Of a stretch of DNA of 64,000 nucleotides, positions 41,807 through 50,190 are shown piece after piece; position 1 is the first letter of the stretch; each line of letters starts with the position of its first letter. The stretch comes from Bryobacterales bacterium (GTDB taxonomy: Bacteria > Acidobacteriota > Terriglobia > Bryobacterales > Bryobacteraceae): the NCBI GenBank assembly GCA_963781905.1, contig CAWAHZ010000008.1:21536-85535 (forward strand), read 5' to 3'. Both the position numbers and the translations under genes were made by a program. A model generated the notes under the pieces. The model ran no database searches. It was not told the DNA's origin and saw only the letters and a program-made list of their open reading frames with translations.

Positions 41807-43141
41807 ATGAGCGTGCTCCATCTGCCGCCCACTCAATCCGGAGCCGAACGTCCGAGCCCAGGCATTCCACATCGGCGTTGGCTGATAGCGTTCTTGCTCG
41901 CATTCGGCGTCCTGGTGAATTACTTCGACCGGGTAAATTTATCGGTGGCGAAACAGGCGCTGGAGAGAGATTTCGGAATCACCAACATAACCTTCGGTTA
42001 CTTGTTGAGCGCCTATAACTGGACTTACGCCGCGCTCCAAATTCCGACGGGAGTTCTGCTCGACCGTTTCGGCGTGCAGGCTGTGGGCCGCATCAGCGCA
42101 ATCCTATGGAGCGTGGCTTGTTTCGCGGGCGCTTACGCTCCGGGGGTGAAGGCCTTCTTCGGGTCCAGGCTGTTGCTGGGCATTGGCGAAGCGCCCACCT
42201 TCCCCTCCAACGCCAAGGCCATTGGAATGTGGTTTCCGCGCCAGGAACGAAGCCTCGCGACGGCGATCTTTGATTCGGCGGCGAAATTTTCAACTGCCAT
42301 CGGTACGCCGCTCATCGGAATTCTGCTCATCCACTATGGATGGCGCTTCAGTTTTTCGATGACCGGCGTCGCAAGTTTTGTGTTCTTCCTCGCGTTCTAC
42401 TACCTGTATCGCAATCCTAGCGATGACAAGAAGCTTTCTGAACAGGAGCGCCAATACTTAAAAGATAACGAAGCCTTGGCCGACAAGAAATCAAAGAGTG
42501 GCGGCGCGGGGCTTCTTTATTTGCTCAAGCGTCGCAAGGTGCTGGGGCTGGCAGTGGGCTTTGCGGCTTATAACTACTGCTTCTATCTTCTCTTGACGTG
42601 GCTGCCGAGTTACTTTACAGGCGCCCTGCATCTGGATCTGCAGGCATCCGTGCTCTACACGTCCATCCCCTGGCTATTCGCCACCGCAATGGACCTGGTG
42701 GTCGGCGGTTGGCTGGTAGACAAGCTCATAAGCCGGGGGTTTAACGACAGTCTGGTCCGGCAGACCATCCTCATCGGGGGCATGGTGATGGGCTTGGGTT
42801 TGCTTGGGACCATCTTCACCAGAACGCCGAGCGTCGCCGTCTTCTGGATTAGCATCTCGATCGGCGGATTGGCCGCGTCCGCGCCGATTGCGTGGTCCGC
42901 CCCGTCTTTGTTGGCGCCTCACGATAGCGTGGCTAAAGTGGGAAGCATCATGAATTTCGCAAACCAGATTGCGGCTATCGCCGCGCCGATTGTGACGGGC
43001 TACCTGATCGGGTTCCACAACGACTATTCGCGTGCATTCATAGCAGCAGCGTTCGCCATCCTGGCCGGGATTGCCGGTTATGCGTTCCTCCTCGGCAAAA
43101 TCGAACGGATTCCAGAACCCGAAAATGCAGGCGACTACTAG
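41807..43141 (+). CDS. MFS transporter (anion:cation symporter family, sugar-acid type)
   Basis: LLGIGEAPTFPSNAKAIGMWFPRQERSLATAIF motif and 12 TM segments. It starts 4 nt after the porin stop. Confidence 0.85.
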   Translation: MSVLHLPPTQSGAERPSPGIPHRRWLIAFLLAFGVLVNYFDRVNLSVAKQALERDFGITNITFGYLLSAYNWTYAALQIPTGVLLDRFGVQAVGRISAILWSVACFAGAYAPGVKAFFGSRLLLGIGEAPTFPSNAKAIGMWFPRQERSLATAIFDSAAKFSTAIGTPLIGILLIHYGWRFSFSMTGVASFVFFLAFYYLYRNPSDDKKLSEQERQYLKDNEALADKKSKSGGAGLLYLLKRRKVLGLAVGFAAYNYCFYLLLTWLPSYFTGALHLDLQASVLYTSIPWLFATAMDLVVGGWLVDKLISRGFNDSLVRQTILIGGMVMGLGLLGTIFTRTPSVAVFWISISIGGLAASAPIAWSAPSLLAPHDSVAKVGSIMNFANQIAAIAAPIVTGYLIGFHNDYSRAFIAAAFAILAGIAGYAFLLGKIERIPEPENAGDY

Positions 43142-43267
43142 TGGCCTGTCGCAGCCAGATCGTTACTACCGCTTCCTCCGGTCGCGGCTCCGTCAAGCAC
43201 GTCAGACACTGAGCCGTGACCGCAGGGAGCGGTTGGGCCATGCCAACGAACTCGCTGCGACAGCCAC
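43141..43267. other. Long imperfect hairpin (~127 nt) between convergent genes
   Basis: Outer arms 43141-43155 and 43254-43267 (14 bp with one bulge). Inner arms 43169-43190 and 43211-43232 (19 WC, 2 GU, 1 mismatch of 22). 20-nt loop. No U-tract. Confidence 0.6.
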
Positions 43268-43273
43268 TAGATT

Positions 43274-44740
43274 TCAGGCTGGGAACAATTTGTTGTATAG
43301 CCGGTGCTGCTGCTCCAGGGCGGTATCGTAGCGCTGCTTGTTAGATTCATCCGCCATCACCGCCATCCCCAGCCGGGGCGCGAGATCGCCGATATCCCGG
43401 ATCGCGCCAATCCTTTCCAATGCCATGAGCGCAGCTCCGCGCGAAGTTGCTTCCGGTTCCAGGCACGGAGTGACACTATGGGGAAGCCCATCCGCCATCA
43501 TTTTCGTCCAACTTGGAGAATGCAGCAGCCCTCCACCAGAAGCGATTACTTCCTGGGGCGCCTCAAGCGACGCCGTCATCAGGTCATAAACATTCCGGAA
43601 TCGCAAGACCACCGATTGCAGCGCGGCATGTAGAATCTGAAGCGGCGTGGTGCTGGCGGCCAGGCCCGTGATGGTTGCTCGTGCATCCACGCGCCATCCG
43701 GTAGAGCGCTCCCCGGCGAACAACGGCAGAATCGTAAGGCCATGCATGTCCGGGGGAAGCTGGGCAAGCTGCCGTTCCAACTCGTCCGCTGGCGGCAGTT
43801 GCAGCGTCTTGCGCATCCAGGCAAATACCTCGCCGCCATTGGAAAGCGCACCTCCCAGAACGAACCGCTTACGGTCCAGCCGGTAGCAAAACAAACCGCT
43901 TGGAATTGCGATCGAGTCGGCTCGCTCGGAAGCCCGTATCGCGCCACTCGTCCCCACCATCAGTGCGTAACGATCACGCTTGGTACAGCCGCTGCCGACG
44001 TTATCGCAAGCGCCGTCGCCGAGCGCTGGAAGCCATGGAATGCCGTCCAGCTGGGGCCATCGCGCGGCGAAACCAGGCGAAAGCTTGGTCTGCTCCTGGT
44101 CCATCGCGTCCACCGGCGCCAACTGCGCTGGCTTGACCGGCAGCGCCTCTAAAATCTCGCGATCATACTCGTTCGCGTTCTGGTTCCATAAGCCGGAAGC
44201 GGAAATCATGGAAGTGGAGCATCTGGCCGTTCCGAAAAGTTCCAGGAATAAATACTCACCGAAACTCATCCAGCGCTTGGCGGCCCGAAAGGTCTCCGGC
44301 TGGGTTTCAAAAAGCCACAGCAGCTTTGCGGGTGGGTAACTGGGGTGCAGCACGCATCCAGTGCGGCTGTGCTGACGCTCATTATCAATGCGCTGAGCAA
44401 GCTTCTTCGCGGCATCCGCGCTGCGCGAATCGAAGGGATGCAGAACCGGCGTAACCGGTTTCCCGTCGGCCGACACCCCCAGGATGCTGTGCCAGAATGT
44501 GTCGATTCCAACCGCCGCCGGCCGCATCCCTTTTGCTCGCATCTGCAAATGGATTTGGTCCAGCGTTTGTGCCGCAACCTCGATTAGTTTGGTTGCGTCG
44601 ATTTCCCAGCCGCCGGATTCGCTCGTACTCGCTTGATAGGCAGTACGGGCTTCAAAGCCTGGAATTTCATGACCATCCAGCCCGAACAATAATGCCCGAA
44701 CTGAAGAGCTGCCGATGTCAAGGGTGAGGACAGAATCCAT
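43274..44740 (-). CDS. FGGY-family carbohydrate kinase (gluconokinase-like)
   Basis: From ATG 44740: MDSVLTLDIGSSSVRALLF, the FGGY N-terminal and C-terminal domains, GGGLLHSPSW. Confidence 0.85.
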   Translation of the reverse strand: MDSVLTLDIGSSSVRALLFGLDGHEIPGFEARTAYQASTSESGGWEIDATKLIEVAAQTLDQIHLQMRAKGMRPAAVGIDTFWHSILGVSADGKPVTPVLHPFDSRSADAAKKLAQRIDNERQHSRTGCVLHPSYPPAKLLWLFETQPETFRAAKRWMSFGEYLFLELFGTARCSTSMISASGLWNQNANEYDREILEALPVKPAQLAPVDAMDQEQTKLSPGFAARWPQLDGIPWLPALGDGACDNVGSGCTKRDRYALMVGTSGAIRASERADSIAIPSGLFCYRLDRKRFVLGGALSNGGEVFAWMRKTLQLPPADELERQLAQLPPDMHGLTILPLFAGERSTGWRVDARATITGLAASTTPLQILHAALQSVVLRFRNVYDLMTASLEAPQEVIASGGGLLHSPSWTKMMADGLPHSVTPCLEPEATSRGAALMALERIGAIRDIGDLAPRLGMAVMADESNKQRYDTALEQQHRLYNKLFPA

Positions 44741-44901
44741 TACACCTGTATGATAAACGGTTGTTTTGTCTTCTATACCCAAGACGACCTCAGACACCAA
44801 GAGTCGGCGGGTCGACCTTCCAATCTTCAATTTCGTTTCTTTTCAATCGGTTTTGGAATGGCCGATGGAATGCTTCCCTCGTGACCCATAGGAGATTCGA
44901 T

Positions 44902-45459
44902 ATGAAGCGTAAAGGTGTCCGAGTAGCGGTGTTGGTTGGGGCGTCCTTTCTGTTCTAGTGGCATTGGCGCTAGCGGCCCAGGACAAGTACACGTTGAAAG
45001 TTCCGGGAGGGCTCGCGTTTTCCGAGTTCAGAGGATACGAGTCCTGGCAGGTTGTCTCCATCAGTCAAAACGGAGGCGGTATTCTTGCGGCCACCCTCGC
45101 GAATCCCGCGATGATCAAGTGCCTACCAGTCCGGCGCTCCTGGAAACGGCAAGCCTTTCCCCGACGGCGCCAAGCTCGCGAAGATCCATTGGAACCCGAA
45201 AAAGTTGGAGACGTTCCCCTCAGCGACGGTGCCAGGCACACAGCATGACGTCGACTTCATGGTGAAGGACGGCAAGAGGTTCGCGGACAGCGGAGGGTGG
45301 GGATATGCGGTGTTCGACTATGACGCTGCATCCGATACCTTCAAACCCGGCACCATGGCTAGCAAGCCTCCGCAAGGGAACGACGCCAAGTGCGGGGCCG
45401 CTTGCCACACCATAGTGAAGAACAGAGATTACGTCTTCACGGATTACCAGCATCGGTGA
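44902..45459 (+). pseudogene. Cytochrome P460-family haem protein, two compensating frame disruptions (~44956 and 45120)
   Basis: GGAG RBS plus ATG 44902 gives signal MKRKGVRVAVLVGASFLF, then TAG. The sequence continues in ORF 44958 (VALALAAQDKYTLKVP...ANPAMIK), then in the frame of ORF 45205 (AYQSGAPGNGKPFPDGAKLAKIHWNPKKLETFPS...VDFMVKDGKRFADSGGWGYAVFDY...CGAACH...DYVFTDY). Confidence 0.75.
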
Positions 45460-45476
45460 AGCCGCTGTCCCGGCTT

Positions 45477-46298
45477 TCAACCCCCCAATTCCCCAAGGTA
45501 GTGCCCCAACCGCGTCTCCACGTCCCCGGGATGATGGAAGCCGCGATCCATCAGCTTCCGAATGCGCTCGCGAGCGCCCGCCCTGCCGAGCGAAGCAATG
45601 AAAGCGCCCCATTCAGGCGCAATTTCCTCATCCGATGGCAGGCTCGCCACATTTACCAGCCGCTTGGTCTCCGCGATCGCTTGTTTGTCGAACGAGGCAA
45701 CTCTCTGCGCAAGATGGTCGACAAACTCATCGAGCTCTGTATCGGGAAGAGACCGATTGACGTACCCGTAGAGTTGGGCTAATTCGCCGCCAATATCGTC
45801 CGCCGTTAGCAACACTTCCAACGCTCTTCCTCGCCCCATCAGCCTCGGCAACCGGGCCATCGGTCCTCCACCAGGAACCAGCCCCGCGCCCACCTCCCAC
45901 TGCGACAGCACGGCCTTCTCCAGGCTGGCGAACCGCATATCGCAGGCCAGCGCCAGCTCACTGCCGACGCCCGTAGCACGCCCGCGAATCAAGGCCACCG
46001 ACACCACCGGCGCGCGGCTCAACCGGGCCAGCATGTCCGGCAACGGCTGCAGCCCCGTCCGTCCGGGGGGAAATTTCGTAGACTCTTCGAGCGGCGCAAG
46101 GAAGTCGTAGTGCGTCAGAAAGAATCCGTCCACCGCGCTGTCGAACACCACTACTTTGACGCGGTCATCGTTTTCGAGCGAAGATATCACCTGCTCGAGC
46201 TGTGGAATGTTCCCCGGCCCGAATATGTTCAGCGGCGGAATATCGAATGTAACGCGCCAGTACGCCTCGGAATGCTTCGTGATTTGGATGCAACTCAT
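45477..46298 (-). CDS. Enoyl-CoA hydratase/isomerase (crotonase)-family protein
   Basis: From ATG 46298: VKVVVFDSAVDGFF, RGRATGVGSELALACDMRFA, and the oxyanion-hole region GLVPGGG. Confidence 0.85.
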   Translation of the reverse strand: MSCIQITKHSEAYWRVTFDIPPLNIFGPGNIPQLEQVISSLENDDRVKVVVFDSAVDGFFLTHYDFLAPLEESTKFPPGRTGLQPLPDMLARLSRAPVVSVALIRGRATGVGSELALACDMRFASLEKAVLSQWEVGAGLVPGGGPMARLPRLMGRGRALEVLLTADDIGGELAQLYGYVNRSLPDTELDEFVDHLAQRVASFDKQAIAETKRLVNVASLPSDEEIAPEWGAFIASLGRAGARERIRKLMDRGFHHPGDVETRLGHYLGELGG

Positions 46299-46496
46299 GC
46301 AGGGCTCCGTTCTTGGATTTGCGATCTTTTCACAAACGTGAGAGAGCATGCAACCCGCCAAACGCCGTTCACCTCGTAAATCAACGCTTCAATCAAAATA
46401 CGAGTCGAAAGAGCGCCTCGGGTCGACACCGAAGGCCGACAATTGCAGACCCCGTCTCTCAATGCAAGTCGGGTGAAATCAGGTAGGATAGGAATC

Positions 46497-46586
46497 GGAG
46501 GAATGGGTGAGTGGTTGAAACCGGCGGTCTTGAAAACCGTTGACGGGGAAACTCGTCCGGGGGTTCGAATCCCTCTTCCTCCGCCA
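46497..46586 (+). tRNA. tRNA-Ser (anticodon UGA), encoded CCA
   Basis: Folded by hand. Acceptor GGAGGAA/TTCCTCC, 3-bp D stem, anticodon stem GCGGT/ACCGT with loop CTTGAAA, long variable arm GACG..CGTC, T arm GGGGG-TTCGAAT-CCCTC, discriminator G, CCA. Confidence 0.9.
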
Positions 46587-46593
46587 AACAATA

Positions 46594-46635
46594 TGTATCT
46601 ATTTGTCAAGTAGATACAAGTACCTTCGGGCTTGT
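46594..46635 (+). terminator. Two overlapping small hairpins just 3' of tRNA-Ser
   Basis: TGTATCTA-N9-TAGATACA (46594-46618) and ACAAG..CC-TTCG-GG..CTTGT (46616-46635, UUCG tetraloop). No clear U-run. Confidence 0.3.
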
Positions 46636-46669
46636 TACAGGTGTGGAGGGAGATCGAAACTAGCCGCAG

Positions 46670-46708
46670 CTACATCTTGTCGTACTCTGTTACCTCCTCA
46701 TACTCGGG
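46670..46708 (-). pseudogene. Displaced original 3' end of the lipocalin-like gene interrupted by the IS
   Basis: Minus-strand reading CCC GAG TAT GAG GAG GTA ACA GAG TAC GAC AAG ATG TAG = PEYEEVTEYDKM*. It resembles the C-terminus of the intact paralog (ETVNEFDKT*). Confidence 0.45.
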
Positions 46709-48253
46709 TGACCCCCTAAGCTGAGACAAACTGGAGTGCGACAGTTTGCGGCTTAATGAATTTTACCTTCTCAAGCTACACCATCTCCTTCAAACTGTTG
46801 CTCGGCTGGTGAAGCGGAGGCGGGCTCTGGTGGAGACCAACCCGCCAAGGAATAACCAGCCGGAGACTCATCGAGACGATGGTCCGGGGAGCCGGTTCCG
46901 GTCGGCTTCCCGTCAATCGAAGAATCTACCATCGGATCGAAAGATCTCCCGATGCCTGAAAAAACTCATGGTCGCTCCGTGAGTTTCGCCGGGAGCGACA
47001 GCGATTGCCTCTTCGAACTCCTCGGGCGGCCGATAGCCGAGCGCCGAATGAAGCCGGCGGCAGTTGTAATAACGCTCGATGAAACTCTTCGATGTTCGCA
47101 CGCAGGTGATCGCGATCGCTGATAGTCGTGGGCATAGATCTCCTCGTGCTTGAGCGTTTTCATAAAGCTTTCGCAACTGGCATTGTCATACGGATTCGCC
47201 GGACGGCTCATGCTCGGCAGAATCTGGTGTTTCCGCAGAATCGCCACGTAGCCGCTGGAAGCGTACTGCAAGCCGCGATCGGAGTGATGCACCAGGCCCG
47301 GCGGAGGTTGCCGTCTCTGCCACTGCTTTCTCCAACGCCGCGATCGTCAAGCTTTGTTGCCAATGTGCAGTCCAGGGCCCATCCAATAACCCTGCGCGAG
47401 AAGGCATCAAGAATCACCGCCAGGTAGACAAACTCCCGCTGCAACCGGATGTAGGTGATGTCCGCCACCCAGAGCTGATTGATTCCGGTCAGCTTCATGC
47501 GCCCGGCCAGATTCAGATAGACTTCCAGCTCGTGATGAGAGTCCGTGGTCACGACAAAGGAGCGCGGCTGGACCGCCAGCAGGTTATCTTCGCGCATAAT
47601 CCGCGCCACGCGTTTGCGATTGACCTGCATTCCTTGACGCCGCAGTTCGGCGGTGATCCGTCGATACCCGTAGCGGCGCCTGTGCTCAAGCGCAATTTTC
47701 TGAATCGCCGCACGCACTTCCAGTTCCTCTTCGGCGGGCATCTTTTCGGCCAGCGACCGATAGAACCCCGCCCGGCTGACCTGCGCCAGGTAGCACATCC
47801 GTTCAATACTCAGTCTGGCCTTGCATCGGCATCATTCCCGGATCTGGTCGTAGATGCCCTCGCGCCAGAATCGGTGTTCCGCTGGCGACGAGCCGCGATT
47901 TTTTGCAAGGCACCCTTGAAAAAATCGACTTCCAGACCTTTCTCGGCTAAGGCACGTTTCAGGACACCGTTCTCCTCACGGAGTTTGGCAGCCTGCGGAT
48001 CTTCGGGCACCTGTCCATTCGCTGTCTCATCGGACAGGGGTCGCTGCCAGCTGACCCCTCCACCGATACATCAGAGCTCCGGTTTACCCCGAGTTCCCTC
48101 GCCAGCTCGTTAACGTTGGTACTGCTGCGCATGCGCTCAACGGCCATGCGGCGGAATTCCAACGGATATCGTCCAACTTGTCCTCTTGCCATCTTTTGCA
48201 GTCCCTTTCCCTGCAAAGTGTCGCAATTTCCACTGTCTCAATTTAGGGGGTCA
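46709..48253 (-). mobile_element. IS3-family insertion sequence (1545 bp), decayed
   Basis: Terminal inverted repeats TGACCCCCTAAGCTGAGACA...GCGACA (46709-) and the reverse complement of ...TGTCGCAATTTCCACTGTCTCAATTTAGGGGGTCA (-48253). orfA/orfB-type transposase reading frames lie inside. No clean target-site duplication was found. Confidence 0.85.
46913..48192 (-). pseudogene. IS3-family transposase orfA/orfB, multiple frameshifts
   Basis: orfA HTH (MARGQVGRYPLEFRRMAVERMRSSTNVNELARELGV), then a frame change to the leucine-zipper part (PEDPQAAKLREENGVLKRALAEKGLEVDFFKGALQKI). orfB is spread over four frames (SIERMCYLAQVSRAGFYR...WVADITYI...VIGWALD | SLTIAALEKAVAE | HHSDRGLQYASSGY...NPYDNASCESFMKTLK | FIERYYNCRRLHSALGYRPPEEFE). 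Confidence 0.85.
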
Positions 48254-48704
48254 GTCCATACGGTTTGCCTTGAGTATCAGTGCCTTCGACAAGTTGCCGC
48301 ATCGTCTTTCCGTCGCCGCTAACAACGAAGTGATTCCTTTCGACGGCTTTGCCGTCTCGGTTGATCGTGACATCGACAGAGTGAGCATCGGGTTTCCTCT
48401 TGGCGACTACGAAGACGACTCCCGTCATCTTAGGCCCTCCCTCTGAGAATGTTTCTTCGCCTCCTGTTTCTCGAACACTGTACTTGACTGACATGGGGGA
48501 ACCGTCCGCCGCAGCGCCTTTCACGGTGACTGCCAAGTGGTCACCCTGAACCTGAATGACGACGGTTGCTTCTTTCGGAGCTTTATCTGGCCCGCCGTAC
48601 TTCGATTTGGATAGGTTGAGATTCCAAGTCCCGGCGAACGGGTCGGCTGCAAAGAGCGTACCGGCCAATAGGAAGAGCGACAACGGATAGAGCAGTCTAT
48701 TCAC
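48243..48704 (-). CDS. Secreted lipocalin-like small protein, paralog 1 (3' end replaced by IS sequence)
   Basis: Signal peptide plus the GTWNLNLSKSK motif, ~50% identical to the next gene. The last 11 nt (48243-48253) are IS inverted-repeat sequence that supplies ..LTP and the stop. Confidence 0.7.
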   Translation of the reverse strand: MNRLLYPLSLFLLAGTLFAADPFAGTWNLNLSKSKYGGPDKAPKEATVVIQVQGDHLAVTVKGAAADGSPMSVKYSVRETGGEETFSEGGPKMTGVVFVVAKRKPDAHSVDVTINRDGKAVERNHFVVSGDGKTMRQLVEGTDTQGKPYGLTP

Positions 48705-48794
48705 TTCATAAATCCTTTTCTTGATCTGCTGTCATCGTTGTGCGGCTCGCCCTTATCCTTGGGCGACTGGCGGACCGAATGAGACTAGCGAAAG

Positions 48795-49268
48795 CTAGGT
48801 CTTGTCGAACTCATTCACGGTCTCGAATGGTTTGCCTTGAGCATCCGTGCCCTTAACAGTCTGCCGCAATGATTTTCCGTCGCTGCTAACGACAACATGA
48901 TGTTTGGCTATCACCTTACCGTCTCGGCTGATTATCAAATCGACAGAAGAACTATCGGCTTTCCTTTTTGCGACGACCCCAGAACTTCCGCTCGTCGGTG
49001 CCCCCTCAGAGTATTCAAAAGCGCCGCCAGTCTGTGGAGTGCTGTACTTATAAGAAAAGGGCGAACCGTCAGCCTCAGTGCCCTTCACTGCCACTTCAAG
49101 ACGGCCACCCTTCTCAATAAGCATCACAGTTACTTCTTTTGGAGGCTTATCTGGCCCGCTAAACTTAGATTTGGCAATATTCAGTTTCCAGGTTCCATCG
49201 AAGGGACTGGCTGCAAACATCGAAACCGCCAATAGAAAAGACAGCAACGTGTACAACAGTGTGCGCAT
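48795..49268 (-). CDS. Secreted lipocalin-like small protein, paralog 2
   Basis: MRTLLYTLLSFLLAVSMFAASPFDGTWKLNIAKSKF... is collinear with paralog 1. Confidence 0.7.
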   Translation of the reverse strand: MRTLLYTLLSFLLAVSMFAASPFDGTWKLNIAKSKFSGPDKPPKEVTVMLIEKGGRLEVAVKGTEADGSPFSYKYSTPQTGGAFEYSEGAPTSGSSGVVAKRKADSSSVDLIISRDGKVIAKHHVVVSSDGKSLRQTVKGTDAQGKPFETVNEFDKT

Positions 49269-49351
49269 ATCTTGACCGTTCCGTTATTAGGCTTAGCTGA
49301 TTGGCGCAAGCATTCCATAAATATAATCGCAAGTCAAGGGGTGCTTAAGAG

Positions 49352-49384
49352 CCTGGAGTTCGTCGGATCCCTCTTTCTCCGCCA
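49352..49384 (+). repeat. Degenerate direct copy of the tRNA-Ser 3' end (att-like remnant / tRNA fragment)
   Basis: CCTGGAGTTCGTCGGATCCCTCTTTCTCCGCCA compared with tRNA 46557-46586 CCGGGGGTTCGAATCCCTCTTCCTCCGCCA. Same orientation. Weaker similarity may extend back to ~49325. Confidence 0.55.
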
Positions 49385-49548
49385 CTTTATCTCTTTATCG
49401 TCAATTTACGTAGAGTTAGGTTAATACCATTTCTGTTGCGGGTTTGGAAGAGGCGTTCCGCGAAGCAGTTTCTGAGCCGGGGAAGGGGGCCTCGCATGCT
49501 AGCCAACCGACCTGCGCACTTCGTAAATTGATCAACTAAACTAAAGGC

Positions 49549-49809
49549 ATGGAGAAGACTGTCCGAGCAGTTTATGAGAACGGAGCTCTCCGTCCCATGG
49601 AACCCCTCCTGCTTTCAGAACGGCAGCAGGTGACCGTCACCATTGATGACTGCGTAGATTTCCCCCCGAATCATTCGCTGTTGGTTTCCCCTTTCGAGTG
49701 GTCGTACGCCGCGCATGATGACATCTGCCTGGAGGAAGTCAGGCTCTCGCTAGCGAATATCCAGGGCTCTCTTTCGGAAGCTGTCCTGGAAGAGCGCCGA
49801 GAGCGCTGA
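49549..49809 (+). CDS. AF2212-like (DUF104) antitoxin-family protein
   Basis: MEKTVRAVYENGALRPMEPLLLSERQQVTVTIDD matches the characteristic DUF104 N-terminus. Confidence 0.75.
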   Translation: MEKTVRAVYENGALRPMEPLLLSERQQVTVTIDDCVDFPPNHSLLVSPFEWSYAAHDDICLEEVRLSLANIQGSLSEAVLEERRER

Positions 49810-50190
49810 TTGGCCGGATACTTTCTCGATACCTGTAGCTAAGCTCTATCGTAGTGAGCTCGGCAGCGCGTTCGTTGATCGGATTTTTTCAGAGCCGGCG
49901 TCTCAACTTCTGATCTCCCGCCTCACTATTGTAGAAATGGAATCCGTTCTTGCCCTGAAGGTCCGAACTGGAGAAATCGATCAGCAAGCCGTGCTGGTCG
50001 TGCGCCGACTCCGCATATAGAAGCTGAGAAGTGTCTTCGAAGTGGCGAATACTAGTCGCCCAGATCTTCCCGCGACTCAGAATCCCGATCAGACCGTCCG
50101 GGCTCGTGTAGTGATATTAGGATGGGGCATTCCTCGGCTGTATTGTGAAGTGCGTCGGCCCGAATGCTTTGACGAATCGCCGTTAGTTCG
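49810..50190 (+). pseudogene. PIN-domain (VapC-like) toxin remnant with frameshift(s) and in-frame stops
   Basis: AGYFLDT, a frame change near 49836, then VAKLYRSELGSAFVDRIFSEPASQLLISRLTIVEMESVLALKVRTGEIDQQAVLVVRRLRI*. A possible C-terminal piece DGAFLGCIVKCVGPNALTNRR*FAF lies in a third frame. The overall span is PIN-sized. Confidence 0.5.

Noticed and set aside
46295-46609. 104-aa ORF on the minus strand across the tRNA-Ser gene, and the 78-aa ORF 46746..46982 inside the IS end.
   Set aside because: The first overlaps a well-folded tRNA. The second lies in the non-coding IS terminus, antisense to transposase remnants. Neither has any recognisable motif.
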